This document shows positions 11,946 through 24,559 of a DNA stretch of 64,000 nucleotides, piece by piece. Made by a program: the position numbers and the translations under genes. The notes under the pieces are model-generated. The model was not told where the DNA came from, ran no database searches, and was given only the letters and a program-made list of their open reading frames with translations. Source of the DNA: Macrostomum lignano (Eukaryota); contig NIVC01001921.1 in NCBI GenBank assembly GCA_002269645.1, positions 124,001 to 188,000 of the forward strand. Direction: 5' to 3'. Within the stretch, counting starts at the first letter, position 1. Every line of letters starts with the position of its first letter.

Positions 11946-12243
11946 GCCAGTCGCGTCGCGTACGGTGTACCTGAAGAAGAAAAATATTGGCGGGGGGCAA
12001 CACTAACCACAAGGGCATATTCAGATATTTTTTGATAGAAAAGTCTAAACAGAGAATAAAGACTAGATGCAATAAAATAATTATCACAGCATGACAATTC
12101 AATGACTTCAATAATTATAGTAATATTGCAATATATTATAATTATTGATGTCATTGAAATATTGGGAAGGCAATGTTCCCCCAACGAAATTATTGAGCAG
12201 GCAATTGCCCCCTGCCTGCCCCAGCTCTGCCTCTGCCGCGCCT
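11946..12243. mobile_element. possible MITE with GC-rich ends
   Basis: Imperfect inverted ends CAGTCGCGTC / GCCGCGCCTG, and GC-rich GGCAATTGCCCCC subterminal blocks around an AT-rich core. Confidence 0.25.
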
Positions 12244-13121
12244 GTTAGTAGCCTATAAAAAATGCAACAAAGCTGCCTCTTTAATCTAATACTTCTTGTT
12301 CTTAAAGCCAAAGGCCTTTTTAGTCTTTGTCAGCTGTTAGGTACTATTAATATTAGCTTTAATAATTAATATTAGGCCTAGTAATAGTAGCCTAGCCCAT
12401 TCTCTTCTATGTAATTTATTGAATAATTTGTTTCTGTTAGAGGGCCTATGGCTATGCTATGATACTTTTCAATATAATTTCTTACTTACTTCTAAAAGAA
12501 TTAAATATGCTATCAATGTGAATCTGCACATTTTTTCTTTTTTACAAGGCATATATAAAATAATGTATTAATATTTAATGATATATATACTAGAGCATAT
12601 TTAGGAGCCTAGGCTAGTTATAGCTATTTTTATAAGGTTATAAATCTAGTCAATCTGTTGTGATTCTTTCCTAAACCTAGTTCACTTTGTCCAATTTTTA
12701 CTAGTTAATCTAATATACTAAAAATGGTTTGTCAATATCTATCTAGTAATCTAGGTAGGTAGATATGTATGTGATTGTTGTCGAAAATTTAGAAAGAAAG
12801 TATTAATATTATCTGAAAAAAAAGTGGGACAATTAAGTCAATTCCTTATTTTTTCTAGGTTTTCCTTGGTCAAAGCATTTGTCAATTGATGGCCTATTTA
12901 TAAGACTTTAACCATAGGCAGACAGATGGCCATTTTTGTCCATTCTGTCTACCTCCAAGCTAGACGGCATAAAATCAATCTCTATGGGCCAGATTTGTTA
13001 GATTTTCACCACAGCCGTTCCCGATGACTAGAGGCCAAAAACGGCCATATAGATATTATGTATAAGGACTACTGACTGCTATATATAACCATATTTCTAA
13101 TCAATAGAACTCCATTCCTTC

Positions 13122-13402
13122 ATCTATGTATCTAACATACCAATAAGGCAACAATAGTTTCCCATAGTGAATGATAAACTAACATGCACAGAGTAGAATG
13201 GTTTACAGTCGATTAATAGCCGCCAAGAAACAAGTGCCAAGAGACTGTTCTGACTGAAAAAATCTATGTATCTAACATACCAATAAGGCAACAATAGTTT
13301 CCCATAGTGAATGATAAACTAACATGCACAGAGTAGAATGGTTTACAGTCGATTAATAGCTGCCAAGAAACAAGTGCCAAGAGACTGTTCTGACTGAAAA
13401 AA
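13122..13402. repeat. about 140-bp tandem duplication
   Basis: ATCTATGTATCTAACATACC...GACTGAAAAA occurs twice back to back with one substitution. Confidence 0.92.
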
Positions 13403-13615
13403 TGTTTCCTGTGGCTACTAGACTTAACAAGTGTGTATTTTTAATGCAGAAAAACAATGCAGTTAATGTAAACTGAGGTTGACTATAATAGTATAGTAAT
13501 GCACAATGCAAGAAGTAATTTACTGAATGAAATTTATAAACTAATAAACTAAACAGGAATGATTACACGTACACGTTAGAATCAATTCATTCATTCAGTC
13601 CGATACAATTGTTTT

Positions 13616-15326
13616 TTATGTATGGCTGGCACTAAAGCACGCGCCAAGGCACAGAGCTGGCCTCCCTGGACACGTGGAGCAGACAAAGGCGGTTCTCCTT
13701 TTGCACATTCTGCACCGATTGCGAGGTCGGGCCAGGGCTCCTTCTTTGGGCGCCTTAGTAGGCGAATGTCAAGGAACAGCAGGTGGCCCGTCACCTGCGC
13801 CAGTTGGCACTGCAGCAACTGGAGCAGCTGGAGGACCTCGGCATCTGGCAACACCGGTTTCCGCAACCAGAATATCTAATGCCTTGCGCAAGAAGTGCAG
13901 GAAGGACATGCTGCCGCCGTGGTAATTGTACAAGATCCAGGCGTTGCGGACAAGCAGCACAATCAGATGGAAAGCCAGCTTGTTGAACCAGCGCAGCGAC
14001 TTGCGGTTTGCTATGTAGGGACTCGTGTTAGAGTCCATGCGGTCCACTCCACCCATACGACTGTACGTGGTGATGCTGACCGGCTTTGCCACCACTTGCT
14101 GCTGACCACCAGGGCGAACGCGGGCTACATCGTGGCACTGCGCGTTACCTGCTGTGTCCAGCAAGTACACAGTCTTCTTGCCACTGTTCTTGGAGTCTAC
14201 AAACTTGCACGCCCGCACGTTGCCACACCTTGCGAATGCTGATGTAGGGTGCAGGTTAGTGTCTCGCAGCAGTGGCGGCGGTCCACGATCTTTGCGCACG
14301 GTGCCAGTCAGCATGGTGTCGCGGGCCAGTAGCCACGAAGCCAGTCGGTACGATGTAAACCAGCTGTCGGTGAAGATGCGATGGCCAAGATGTAGAATGT
14401 CGCGGCATAGCTCGGCTACGACTCGCTCACTGAATAAAGGACAGGGCCTCACAGTCCAGTCCGGCACCAAACCTGGCATTCTCCTGCTGCGTTGTGTGAA
14501 CGGCAAAGTTCCACAGGTATCCGGACTTGGCCTCACACAGGCAGTATAACTTAAAACCATACTTGCTCTTCTTAGAAGGAATGTACTGCCTAAACTGTAC
14601 CCGTCCTTTGTACATGACCAGAGTCTCGTCAATTGATAGATTCTGATCGGGCATGTAGTTGTTCCGACAGGCGTGCTGCACAAGAGCAAGGAATGGAGAG
14701 ATTTTGTCCACAGGGCTTTGAGGAGCGGGACCAGCGCTACTGTAAAAGCGAAGGCAGGAGAGAATCTGCTTGAAACGATCGTGCGAAAGTGAATGTGGCT
14801 GAGCCAGAAACGTGCAATGGTACACAGGATCCTTTGCCCAGTATGAGCTGATCTCCGGCTTGTCATCAATGCCCATAAGCAACACGATGCCGATCAGCTT
14901 CTTCACCTCGTCAACACTGCAATCCTTCCATGTAGACACAACCTTTGGTAACTCATCAGCTGACCTTTCCTGAGCGAAACTCCAGGCCCGTTCGTTCGTC
15001 CACCTTGCAATGTTCTCGAACAGCTCGTCGGTTAGGTATTGGTGCAAAAACTCTGACTCACTGCCATTTGCTGATTGTGGTGGTACCCAGTCCGGCCGAA
15101 AACCTGGGGTGCCCATGAACTCTGGGACAGCCGTGGGCCTATCGTCCGTCCCTTCGATAGCTTGGTGCCACTCGTGTTCTTCCTCCATTTCGATGTCCTC
15201 ATCTGAGCTGCTGGCGCTTTCAACGTTGTCACCATCCTCACCTGGCTCTTCATCAAAATAAAACGATCCGTCCTCGTCGTCAGAGAGAAAATTGTCCTCC
15301 GAGTCCGACGTGTAAAGGAGATCCAT
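13616..15326 (-). pseudogene. piggyBac (PGBD4-like) transposase pseudogene
   Basis: Acidic N-terminus; catalytic contexts LSIDETLV, IFTDSWFTS and MGGVD; YIPSKKSKYGFKL; C-terminal Cys-rich domain CRMC...CSTC...LC...CF...H. Frameshift near 14430 and an in-frame TGA near 13770. Confidence 0.92.
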
Positions 15327-16047
15327 AACTAGTCAAAACTAAACTAAAATTAAAATGCTCATATAAAGCAGTCCGTATAAATAATTTAAATTAGCGAACA
15401 GACACTAAATTTAAGCGAGACTATAGGCGGGAACGGTGGTAGCAGCAACATTTATGATCGTAAATTTGAAAACTGTCTATGGCTGTTTTCGGCCTATCCG
15501 TCGGGAACGGTTATAAGCGCCTAAAACTGCAGTCAAATAGAGGTTAAGCCCCCTTGTTTTATTTATTGGAAACCCCTATAATCAATTGGTGCATATATAA
15601 TATAGAATTATAAATATGATCCAACCTCTCATATGTAGCATGCTATCTTGACAAAAAATATTTGTACTTTCAAAAACAGTAAGTGTGCCAGTTGTGCCAC
15701 CAATATGCCCTTTGACAGAGTTATAAATGTCTTTGTTTGTCATATTTGGCATACCTGGTACAAATAACCTTTTTATAGCTAATTGCCCTTGGGAACCATT
15801 TGGTACACTTACTAAAATTGTACCAGTTGTGCCACAGCTATGACATTTGGCACAGTTATATGTCTTTGTCCTTCTTGGCACACTTGGCTCAAATAACCTT
15901 TTTTATTGCTAATTACCTAACAAAACTATTTGGCACACACCTGGTGCAACTTGCACTGAGGCTGCGACGTCAGTAGCTTCGATTTCGGCAGATGACCGGC
16001 AGGTTTTCACTCACAACTGGCGGCATGATCTGCTCAGACGCTCGAAA

Positions 16048-16198
16048 ATGGCGCAACCGCGTTTGATTGACGCCATTACAAAAGAACTAAAGCAGCAGAT
16101 CACGCAGCATCTCGCCGTCCATCTAGATCAGCTCGTGGACCCAGCCGTCACAGTTGACAACATGCTGGTTGACGACAATGGAAAGAAATCATGCTACA
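16048..16198 (+). other. isolated candidate coding exon of unknown gene
   Basis: ATG, then MAQPRLIDAITKELKQQITQHLAVHLDQLVDPAVTVDNMLVDDNGKKSCY, then a GTAAG donor. No partner exon identified. Confidence 0.25.
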
Positions 16199-16687
16199 GT
16201 AAGAAATTAATAGTCCTTCATTTATGATTGCGCACATATCCTATCCTATCCTATCCAAACCAATATGAAAGCGGTTGAACAGGCATACGTTCGGTGCTCC
16301 ATCACAGTCAGTCGACGTGAAAAGCGGTCCGGACGTTTGCCTGTAATGAAACGACGTCAAGGAGCGGCTTCCGGTGTCACTGACACTGTGCAGTCGAAGG
16401 CGACTGATGCACCTCGCGAGGACTGAGCGAGGGAAGTCTGCTGTAACTTCTGTCTATTAATACTAAACTTGTTTGGTAAATGCGGGAGCCATCTAGCTTG
16501 GCCTGTTTCCCCCCACGTTTCTGGTTTTTTTTTGCACAGGAAATTTGCTCCTTCCCACATAGACTAACCAACTATATTACTATAGTTAGCTCCTGGCTCG
16601 TAAATTAGAATAACACCAGGAATCAGGCTTGGTCTCTGACTAAAAAACTATAGGGTATAAGTGGTATAGGAGTTGGTTCCCTTATTG

Positions 16688-16775
16688 CAGGGGTCCCCAA
16701 CCCACTGTTAGCAGCAGGCCGCATTCAATATTTATTTAGGATACGCGGGCCACAAAAAGTGCACAAAATAAAGAA
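16688..16775 (+). mobile_element. probable hAT-family terminal sequence (single end)
   Basis: CAGGGGTCCCCAACCC followed by GGCCGCATT...GCGGGCC resembles hAT/Charlie-type termini. No matching opposite end seen. Confidence 0.4.
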
Positions 16776-16809
16776 AAATTAAGTCAAAGTCAATATATAG
16801 TATAAGTCT

Positions 16810-18523
16810 ACTACAAAATGACACCTTTCCCTACAAAATGACACCTTTCCCTACAAAATGACACATTTTCCTACAAAATGACACCTTTCCCTACAAAATG
16901 ACACCTTTTCCTACAAAATGACACCTTTCCCCACAAAATGACACCTTTCCCTACAAAATGACACATTTTCCTACAAAATGACACCTTTCCCTACAAAATG
17001 ACACCTTTCCCTACAAAATGATACCTTTCCCTACAAAATGACACCTTTCCCTACAAAATGACACATTTTCCCTACAAAATGACACCTTTCCCTACAAAAT
17101 GACACCTTTCCCTACAAAATGACACCTTTCCCTACAAAATTACACATTTTCCTACAAAATGACACCTTTCCCTACAAAATGACACCTTTCCCTACAAAAT
17201 GACACCTTTCCCTACAAAATGACACCTTTCCCTACAAAATGACACCTTTCCCTACAAAATTACACATTTTCCTACAAAATGACACCTTTCCCTACAAAAT
17301 GACACCTTTCCCTACAAAATGACACATTTTCCTACAAAATGACACCTTTCCCTACAAAATGACACCTTTCCCTACAAAATTACACATTTTCCTACAAAAT
17401 GACACCTTTCCCTACAAAATGACACATTTTCCTACAAAATGACACCTTTCCCTACAAAATGACACCTTTCCCTACAAAATGACACATTTTCCTACAAAAT
17501 GACACCTTTCCCCACAAAATGACACCTTTCCCTACAAAATGACACATTTTCCTACAAAATGACACCTTTCCCTACAAAATGACACCTTTCCCTACAAAAT
17601 GATACCTTTCCCTACAAAATGACACCTTTCCCTACAAAATGACACATTTTCCCTACAAAATGACACCTTTCCCTACAAAATGACACCTTTCCCTACAAAA
17701 TGACACCTTTTCCTACAAGATGACACCTTTCCCTACAAAATGACACATTTTCCCTACAAAATGACACCTTTTCCTACAAAATGACACCTTTCCCCACAAA
17801 ATGACACCTTTTCCTACAAGATGACACCTTTCCCTACAAAATGACACCTTTCCCTACAAAATGACACCTTTTCCTACAAGATGACACCTTTCCCTACAAA
17901 ATGACACCTTTCCCTACAAAATGACACCTTTCCCTACAAAATGACACCTTTTCCTACAAGATGACACCTTTCCCTACAAAATGACACCTTTTCCTACAAA
18001 ATGACACCTTTCCCTACAAAATGACACCTTTCCCTACAAAATGACACCTTTCCCTACAAAATGACACCTTTCCCTACAAAATGACACCTTTCCCTACAAA
18101 ATGACACCTTTCCCTACAAAATGACACCTTTCCCTACAAAATGGCACCTTTCCCTACAAAATGACACCTTTCCCTACAAAATGACACCTTTTCCTACAAA
18201 ATGACACCTTTCCCTACAAAATGACACCTTTCCCTACAAAATGACACCTTTTCCTACAAGATGACACCTTTTCCTACAAAATGACACCTTTCCCTACAAA
18301 ATGACACCTTTCCCTACAAGATGACACCTTTTCCTACAAAATGACACCTTTCCCTACAAAATGACACCTTTCCCTACAAAATGACACCTTTCCCTACAAA
18401 ATGACACCTTTCCCTACAAAATGACACCTTTCCCTACAAAATGACACCTTTCCCTACAAAATGACACCTTTCCCTACAAAATGACACCTTTCCCTACAAA
18501 ATGACACCTTTTCCTACAAGATG
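16810..18523. repeat. 20-bp minisatellite (CTACAAAATGACACCTTTCC), about 85 copies, intergenic
   Basis: Directly visible tandem array. Confidence 0.98.
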
Positions 18524-19797
18524 ACTTTGTTTTTTCTGTTTGTCTGGTTGTTTGTTTTGTTGTTCTTCAATTTTGTCTCCTCTATTATTCTGTTGGATTC
18601 CATTTATGCATTTTTAAATTTCGCAGCCTTCTCCTTTTCTGTTTTGCACATCTTTTTTGTCCTGTTTGCTACTTCCCATCAAATATATACGTATTTATGC
18701 AGCATCCCTTTTTCCAACTGTTTTAATCTGTTTATGTTCGCGCTCGACATTATTTAAAGTTTAGTTTACATTGACAACTCTTTTCAATTTTTCTTCATCA
18801 TTTAAACATGTACTTCTAGCAAAATGTTAGCTACTTCATAACTCGTAGTTGACTAACGGGTCAACTATAACAGCATCAAATGGCACATTATGGGCTTAGT
18901 TTAACTGCTTTAAACTGCAAATTTACTTGTATGGTGCCAAATGGTACATTTATGGCACAGTTGTGCACAATTATAAGCATTCAAAAATGGCTTAGACAAC
19001 TGGCACATTTGTGGCATAGTAGTGCACAATTAAAAAATTGATTTTTAATTGTCACATGAGCCAATTGGCACAGCTTAGCACAGTTATATTTGTGCCAAGC
19101 TGTGCCACCAATTGTCGATTGACTCCATTTTCGTCTCGTTTCAACAGTTATTTTGTGCTCGCTCTAATTAATTTTGTATGTGACATTTAACGCATTTAAC
19201 GGGAAATTATTTTCGGTCGGGCAGTGAGCAATTTCTCTGGGACTATTCTAAAATAAAAAATATAAAAAACTGATTGGGGTAGCTTTAATCCATTCAACCC
19301 TCACACACTGCTCCCCCCTTTTCAATGGCATAGTAGTTCAATGGCATTACCTAATTTAGTTTTTGTTTTTTTACCTAATATTCAGTTTTTGAAAATTGCA
19401 TATTTGACTTTGTTTTTGCTATATTAATATAATATATTCAGTTATTTAATATTTTATGACATTGCTAGAGTGAATGCTTAGCGAAATTCAATTAACTATG
19501 TTAAAGTTCTATGTTATATTACCCCATTGTATTGTAAAGGTAGTTTTGATAGTATCAATTTTCTTTGACTCTGGTATATAAAAGCTTTGTTTTAATTAAA
19601 TGGATTGAAACAATTCATCATCTTGAGCTGACATTTGTAGCAACTTTGGTTTAATTTGTTAACTTTCTGCAAATGCAGCAATCTGCCAAACAAGTAGGCT
19701 TGAATTTCAAGGCGAATTCTGCGCAGAAAGGCAATATAGTCTTTTGCTACTTGTTCCTTTTGGCGCCAAAGCACCCTGTTCTAGAATGCAGGCTTGG

Positions 19798-19800
19798 AGA

Positions 19801-19845
<45 letters not shown>
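19798..19845. repeat. (GA)n microsatellite
   Basis: Visible dinucleotide run upstream of the DENN gene. Confidence 0.95.
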
Positions 19846-19846
<1 letters not shown>

Positions 19847-20066
19847 AGGAGAGGGCCAGCAAGTGAAACTCGATACCGCAGGCAATTCCAGTTTCAACAG
19901 GAACTTTCTTTTCTCGCCGGCGCGGCTCTCGCAGCCTCCGCCACCCCAATCTTGTTAATAAAAACCCCTTCTAGGCAGCGTGAGGGCCTGCGTTCAGTAA
20001 TTGCGCGCCGAGAATTTTAGGCCTAATTAATTCTCGCAGTCGCATCGAAGCCAACAGGTGTCTCGC

Positions 20067-23000
20067 ATGCCGATTTTATCCGCAGTGGCCGCCCTGCTGC
20101 CGCCGACTGCAGCTGAGCAAAGCTCGCAAGCCATGAATGTCGGCAGTCAGCAGCAGCCGCCTCTGAAGCCGGCGAAATGCGATCGAGTTGCTGCTTTTGC
20201 CCAGAGTCTGCAACAACCGCAACAGAATCAGAAGCAGCAGAGACAGCAGCTTGCGGCGGCCGGTTCAAGCAGCGGGCGAAGCGTCAGCCGGCAGTGCAGC
20301 CGCTGGCGCAGCGAGGAGAACCTCTGTCTGGTCCGCGACAGGCGCGCCCGCCTGTTCGCCCGGCGACCCCGGCCCGCTGCCGCCAATGGGGGGCCGGCGA
20401 ACTCTGCTGGCGTTGCCGCGCCCGCCGCCCCAGCAGCCTCCGCGGCTGTCCCTGCGCTGCATCATCCCAGGGGCCGATCCGCGGCTACTGCTGCCTGCGT
20501 GTCCAAGCTTGAGTGCACTGGCGACGGAGGCGGGGACGCCGTCTACGAGTCCATGATCTCTGCCACCGATGTGAGCTGGCCTTGGAACTCTTTTTACATC
20601 CGGTGTTTCCATGATCAGCCCCCCAGACTGGCCCCATCAGCCCCCAGACTGGCACATCAGCTCCCAGACTGGCACATCAGCCCCCAGACTGGCACATCAG
20701 CCCCCAGACTGGCACATCAGCCCCCAGACTGGCACATCAGCCCCCAGACTGGCACATCAGCCCCCAGACTGGCACATCAGCCCCCAGACTGGCACATCAG
20801 CCCCCAGACTGGCCCCATCAGCCCCCAGACTGGCACATCAGCCCCCAGACTGGCACATCAGCCCCCAGACTGGCACATCAGCCCCCAGACTGGCCCCATC
20901 AGCCCCCAGACTGGCACATCAGCCCCCAGACTGGCACATCAGCCCCCAGACTGGCCCCATCACCCCCCCAGACTGGCCCCATCAGCCCCCAGACTGGCCC
21001 CATCACCCCCAATTCCTCCGCGAACCCTCAGTGCCGGCCGGCCGAGAATGTATACGATGTCGCGGGCTTCGAGCACCGGCGCACGGCCTCCATCCAGGAC
21101 CTGACCAGCGGTGGCAGCGTCGGGATTGTCTCGGCGGTGTCCGAAGGCGGCGGCGAGTACGCCACGGTGATGGTCGAGCATCCCGGAGCCGCGGCCGGCA
21201 GCTCCACCACAGTTGATCGACGAAATCCGCAGCCAGCGGCCGGCGATCAGCAACAATGGCGTCGCAACGTCCTTGGCTGCGTCTCCGACGTCTTCTCCGG
21301 CTTTCGCCGACTGTCGGCCACAGCTGCAGGCGCCTACGCCGGCGCCTCGGACTCCGAGGATGACGACGACGAGCGGTCGGCGGGCTCCGGAAGCCTGGGC
21401 AGTCTGGGCGGCTCCGAGCTGTCCGATCGAGTCCGCCGGGCCGAGCTCACCCGGCTGAGGAGCGCCGCCGCCCTGCACTCCGGGCTGCTGGCCCAGCGCT
21501 GTCGGCACGACCAGCTGTTCTCCGGCTGCTGCCTCATCCGCCTGCGGCTGTCGCTGAACTCGACGTCCGAGGCGCAGCCGACGCCAAGCCTGTCGTTCTG
21601 CCATCCGGCGAATTTCTCCGACCAGCCCTATTCGGCTTCTCTGCCGAGCTTCTGCTTTCCCGACGCCGAGTGCCTGGCAACCAGGCGGCAACGGCCGGGC
21701 GGAATCCACCAGCTGCGTGGCTACCTGGAGGCCTGCGACCGGTTCAGCTTCGTCATCACCGAGCAGCGGGGCCTTCGCTTCTACGGCTACTGCATGCGCT
21801 GTCTGGCGCCCGATCCGGCCGCCTCCAACTCCGCCGCCGCCGCCGCCGGCACCCTCGTCGAAGCCGTGTGCATCGTCTCGCCGGTGGAATCCGAGCAGCT
21901 GTTCCACCAGATCCTGCTGGAGGCGCTGAGGAAGCGGCTTGGAGCGGCCACGCCGGAGCAGGGCCGACAGGAGCTCGAGGATTTTCTGGGTTGGTTCTTT
22001 TGTGATGTCCGTGTCAGAGAGGCCAGTTATGGAATTATCGTTTTTCAATAATTGAATACCGGTTTCTACGAGTCAAACGATGATTTCTAAGAATTAAAGA
22101 GCGATTTTAAAGAAACGAACAGCGATTTCTAAGAATTTATGGGTGGTTTCGAAGATCGGGGGTCGGGATGATTTCTTAAAATCGAAATTTGATTTCCCAG
22201 AAACAAACGGCGAATTCTAAGAAACGAAAGTGATTTCTAAGAATCGATGATGATGATTTCTAAGAATCGAAAGTTGATTTCCCAAAAACGAATAGCGACT
22301 TCTAAGAATCAAAAGTTAATTTCCTAGAATTGAACGGAGATTTCTTAGAAACGAATGGCGATTTCTAAGAATCGATGGTGATTTCTAAGAATCGAGGGTG
22401 ATTTCTAAGAATCGATGATGCTTTCTAAGAATCGATGATGATTTCTAAGAATCGATGATGCTTTCTAAGAATCGATGATGATTTCTAAGAATCGATGATG
22501 ATTTCTAAGAATCGATAATGCTTTCTAAGAATCGATGATGATTTCTAAGAATCGATGGTGATTTCTAGTGTTTAAATAAAGACACCTAAGAATCAAAAGG
22601 CTGCTTATAAAAACCTAAAATTTTCTAGATCTGTGTAGTCAGCAATGCTTTTAGTATTGTTGGACCAGATTGTCCACATTGCTCTTTCCTCGCCAGTCTC
22701 GGTGTACAGCCGGCCTCTGCCAGACGCTGGCGGCTGGTTCGACCTGGTGACCACGGACCCCGGCCGCAGCGGCCAGGTCGTCAGTCGACGGTTCAGCCGG
22801 CCGGCCGGAGCCCGCCTGCAGCACGTGTCCCACTCGCAGCTGCTGACTTTCCCCGGCGCCCGGCTGGCGCTGCAGCTGTTCTCCGCCGCGCTGCACGAGC
22901 GCCAGATCGCGCTGGTCAGCGCCAACCCGCGCCGCCTCAGCCAGTGCGTGCAGGCCCTGGCCGGCCTGCTGTACCCGCTCCGGTGGCAGCACACCCTGGT

Positions 23001-24481
23001 GCCCGTCGTGCCCGCCGATATGTTGCGAATTGTCTGTTCGCCAACGCCTTTCATTTTGGGCGTCCTGGCAGAGCACCTGCCCCAGGTGGGCCTCATTTAC
23101 ACTGGTCTCTTGGTGTCGGAGATCTCAGGGGCATACTTAGATCAGCTTAGAGATTTTCTGAGAATCTCACATTAGATTTTCTTAGAATATAATCTCGGCA
23201 AGTTTCTTAGAATATAGCAGAAAGTTTCTTAGAATCTCCTCTTGGATAGTTTCTTAGAATCTCATCTCGAATAGTTTCTTAGAATCTCCTCTTGGATAGT
23301 TTCTTAGAATCTCATCTCGAATAGTTTCTTAGAATCTCCTCTCGTATAGTTTCTTAGAATCTCATCTCGAATAGTTTCTTAGAATCTCCTCTCCTATAGT
23401 TTCTTAGAATCTCATCTCGAATAGTTTCTTAGAATCTCATCTCGGAGAGTTTCTTAGAAACTCCTCTTGGATAGTTTCTTAGAATCTCCTCTCGTATAGT
23501 TTCTTAGAATCTCATCTTGGAGAGTTTCTTAGAATCTCATCTTGGAGAGTTTCTTAGAATCTCATCTCGGAGAGTTTCTTAGAATCTCATCTCGTATATT
23601 TTCTTAGAACCTCATCTTGGAGAGTTTCTTAGAATCTCATCTCGGAGAGTTTCTTAGAGTCTCACCCCGGAAAGCTTCTCGGAATCTTTCCGAAGATTTT
23701 CAAAGAATATTTCACCCGCAGGTTGCCCTTGTATGTTATTCTCGACATTTACTGATCCCCGACTCCCGCGGCCCTGCAGGTGCTTCAAGACGACCTGGAC
23801 CCGGACGTGTTCATCGTCAGCCTTGACGACGCGCGCATCGTCCGACAGCGCGGTGACGAGTCGCGCCTCCTGCCGCGCAAGCTGCGCCGCGCCTGCCTGG
23901 CCAGCCTGGCCGCCTCCCGCCGCCTCGAGGCCACCCGGCGCGCCGCTGAGCTCCTGGTTGTCCGCACCTTCCTCCAGCTGTTTGTTGTGGCCGTCGGGCA
24001 CTACGCCGATCACGTGACAATCGGCCGGACCGACGGGAGGCGCCGCTTTGACCGGGAGTCGTTCTGCTCGGCGCCGCGCTCGCGTGGCCTCCGCGCCCTC
24101 CTGCGCGTCCTGGCCGTCACTGGCAATTTCCACGTGTTCATCAGCGACGTCCTGGACGGCAGCGCCTACGCAGCCAGCAAGCTGACGGTGAGCACCGTGC
24201 TGCGCGACTTCGACCAGGCTGTGCGCGACTTCCGCGCCGACGCTCAGCGCCGAGGCGGCTCCGGCGCCAGCGGACTTTTGAGCAGCCTCAGGCGTCAGGT
24301 CCGCCGCCTGCTGTCTGGCGAAGACGATCGTCGGGGTCGTCGACGGAGCCGCGGTCAGAGCCGCACTGCCGCAGGCTACTCGGCTGCGTCGGCGACAGCG
24401 CCGCTGAGCAGCTCCTACCCGGCCAGGCCGAGCGGCTCGCTGCGCTCCTGGGGCCAGCCGGCGCTGCCGCCGCGGCGCTGA
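20067..24481 (+). CDS. DENND2: DENN-domain Rab GEF, DENND2/ST5-like; exons 20067-20570, 21032-21989, 22697-23085, 23780-24481
   Basis: All introns are GT-AG and phase-compatible. Motifs: FCFPD, FSFVITEQRGLRFYGYCMR (uDENN), ERQIALVSAN..RLSQCVQAL..LLYPLRWQHTLVPVVP...IVCSPTPFILGV (cDENN), LPRKL and RTFLQLFV..VGHY (dDENN). The subfamily call is from remembered motifs. Confidence 0.85.
20614..21010. repeat. 20-bp minisatellite (CAGCCCCCAGACTGGCACAT), DENN intron 1
   Basis: Visible tandem array. Confidence 0.96.
22080..22570. repeat. about 20-bp degenerate minisatellite (ATTTCTAAGAATCGATGATG), DENN intron 2
   Basis: Degenerate on the left, homogeneous from about 22370; core TTCTAAGAA. Confidence 0.92.
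23170..23660. repeat. about 25-bp minisatellite (GTTTCTTAGAATCTCATCTCGGAGA), DENN intron 3
   Basis: Visible tandem array; core TTCTTAGAA. Confidence 0.93.
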
Positions 24482-24559
24482 GGCACAACTGGGGGATTCG
24501 GTGCTCACTACTCGCTCATGGATCCAATGTCTTTAACCAATATCAAGGACCTTGATCTA

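Larger units (their letters stand above)
12908..15547 (-). mobile_element. decayed piggyBac DNA transposon
   Basis: TTAA at 12908-12911 and 15544-15547. Inverted subterminal repeats CCGTTCCCGA...AGGCC.AAAAC.GCCATA lie at 13015-13049 (+) and 15478-15510 (-). The outermost TIRs match poorly, so the low-coordinate boundary is less sure. Confidence 0.7.
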
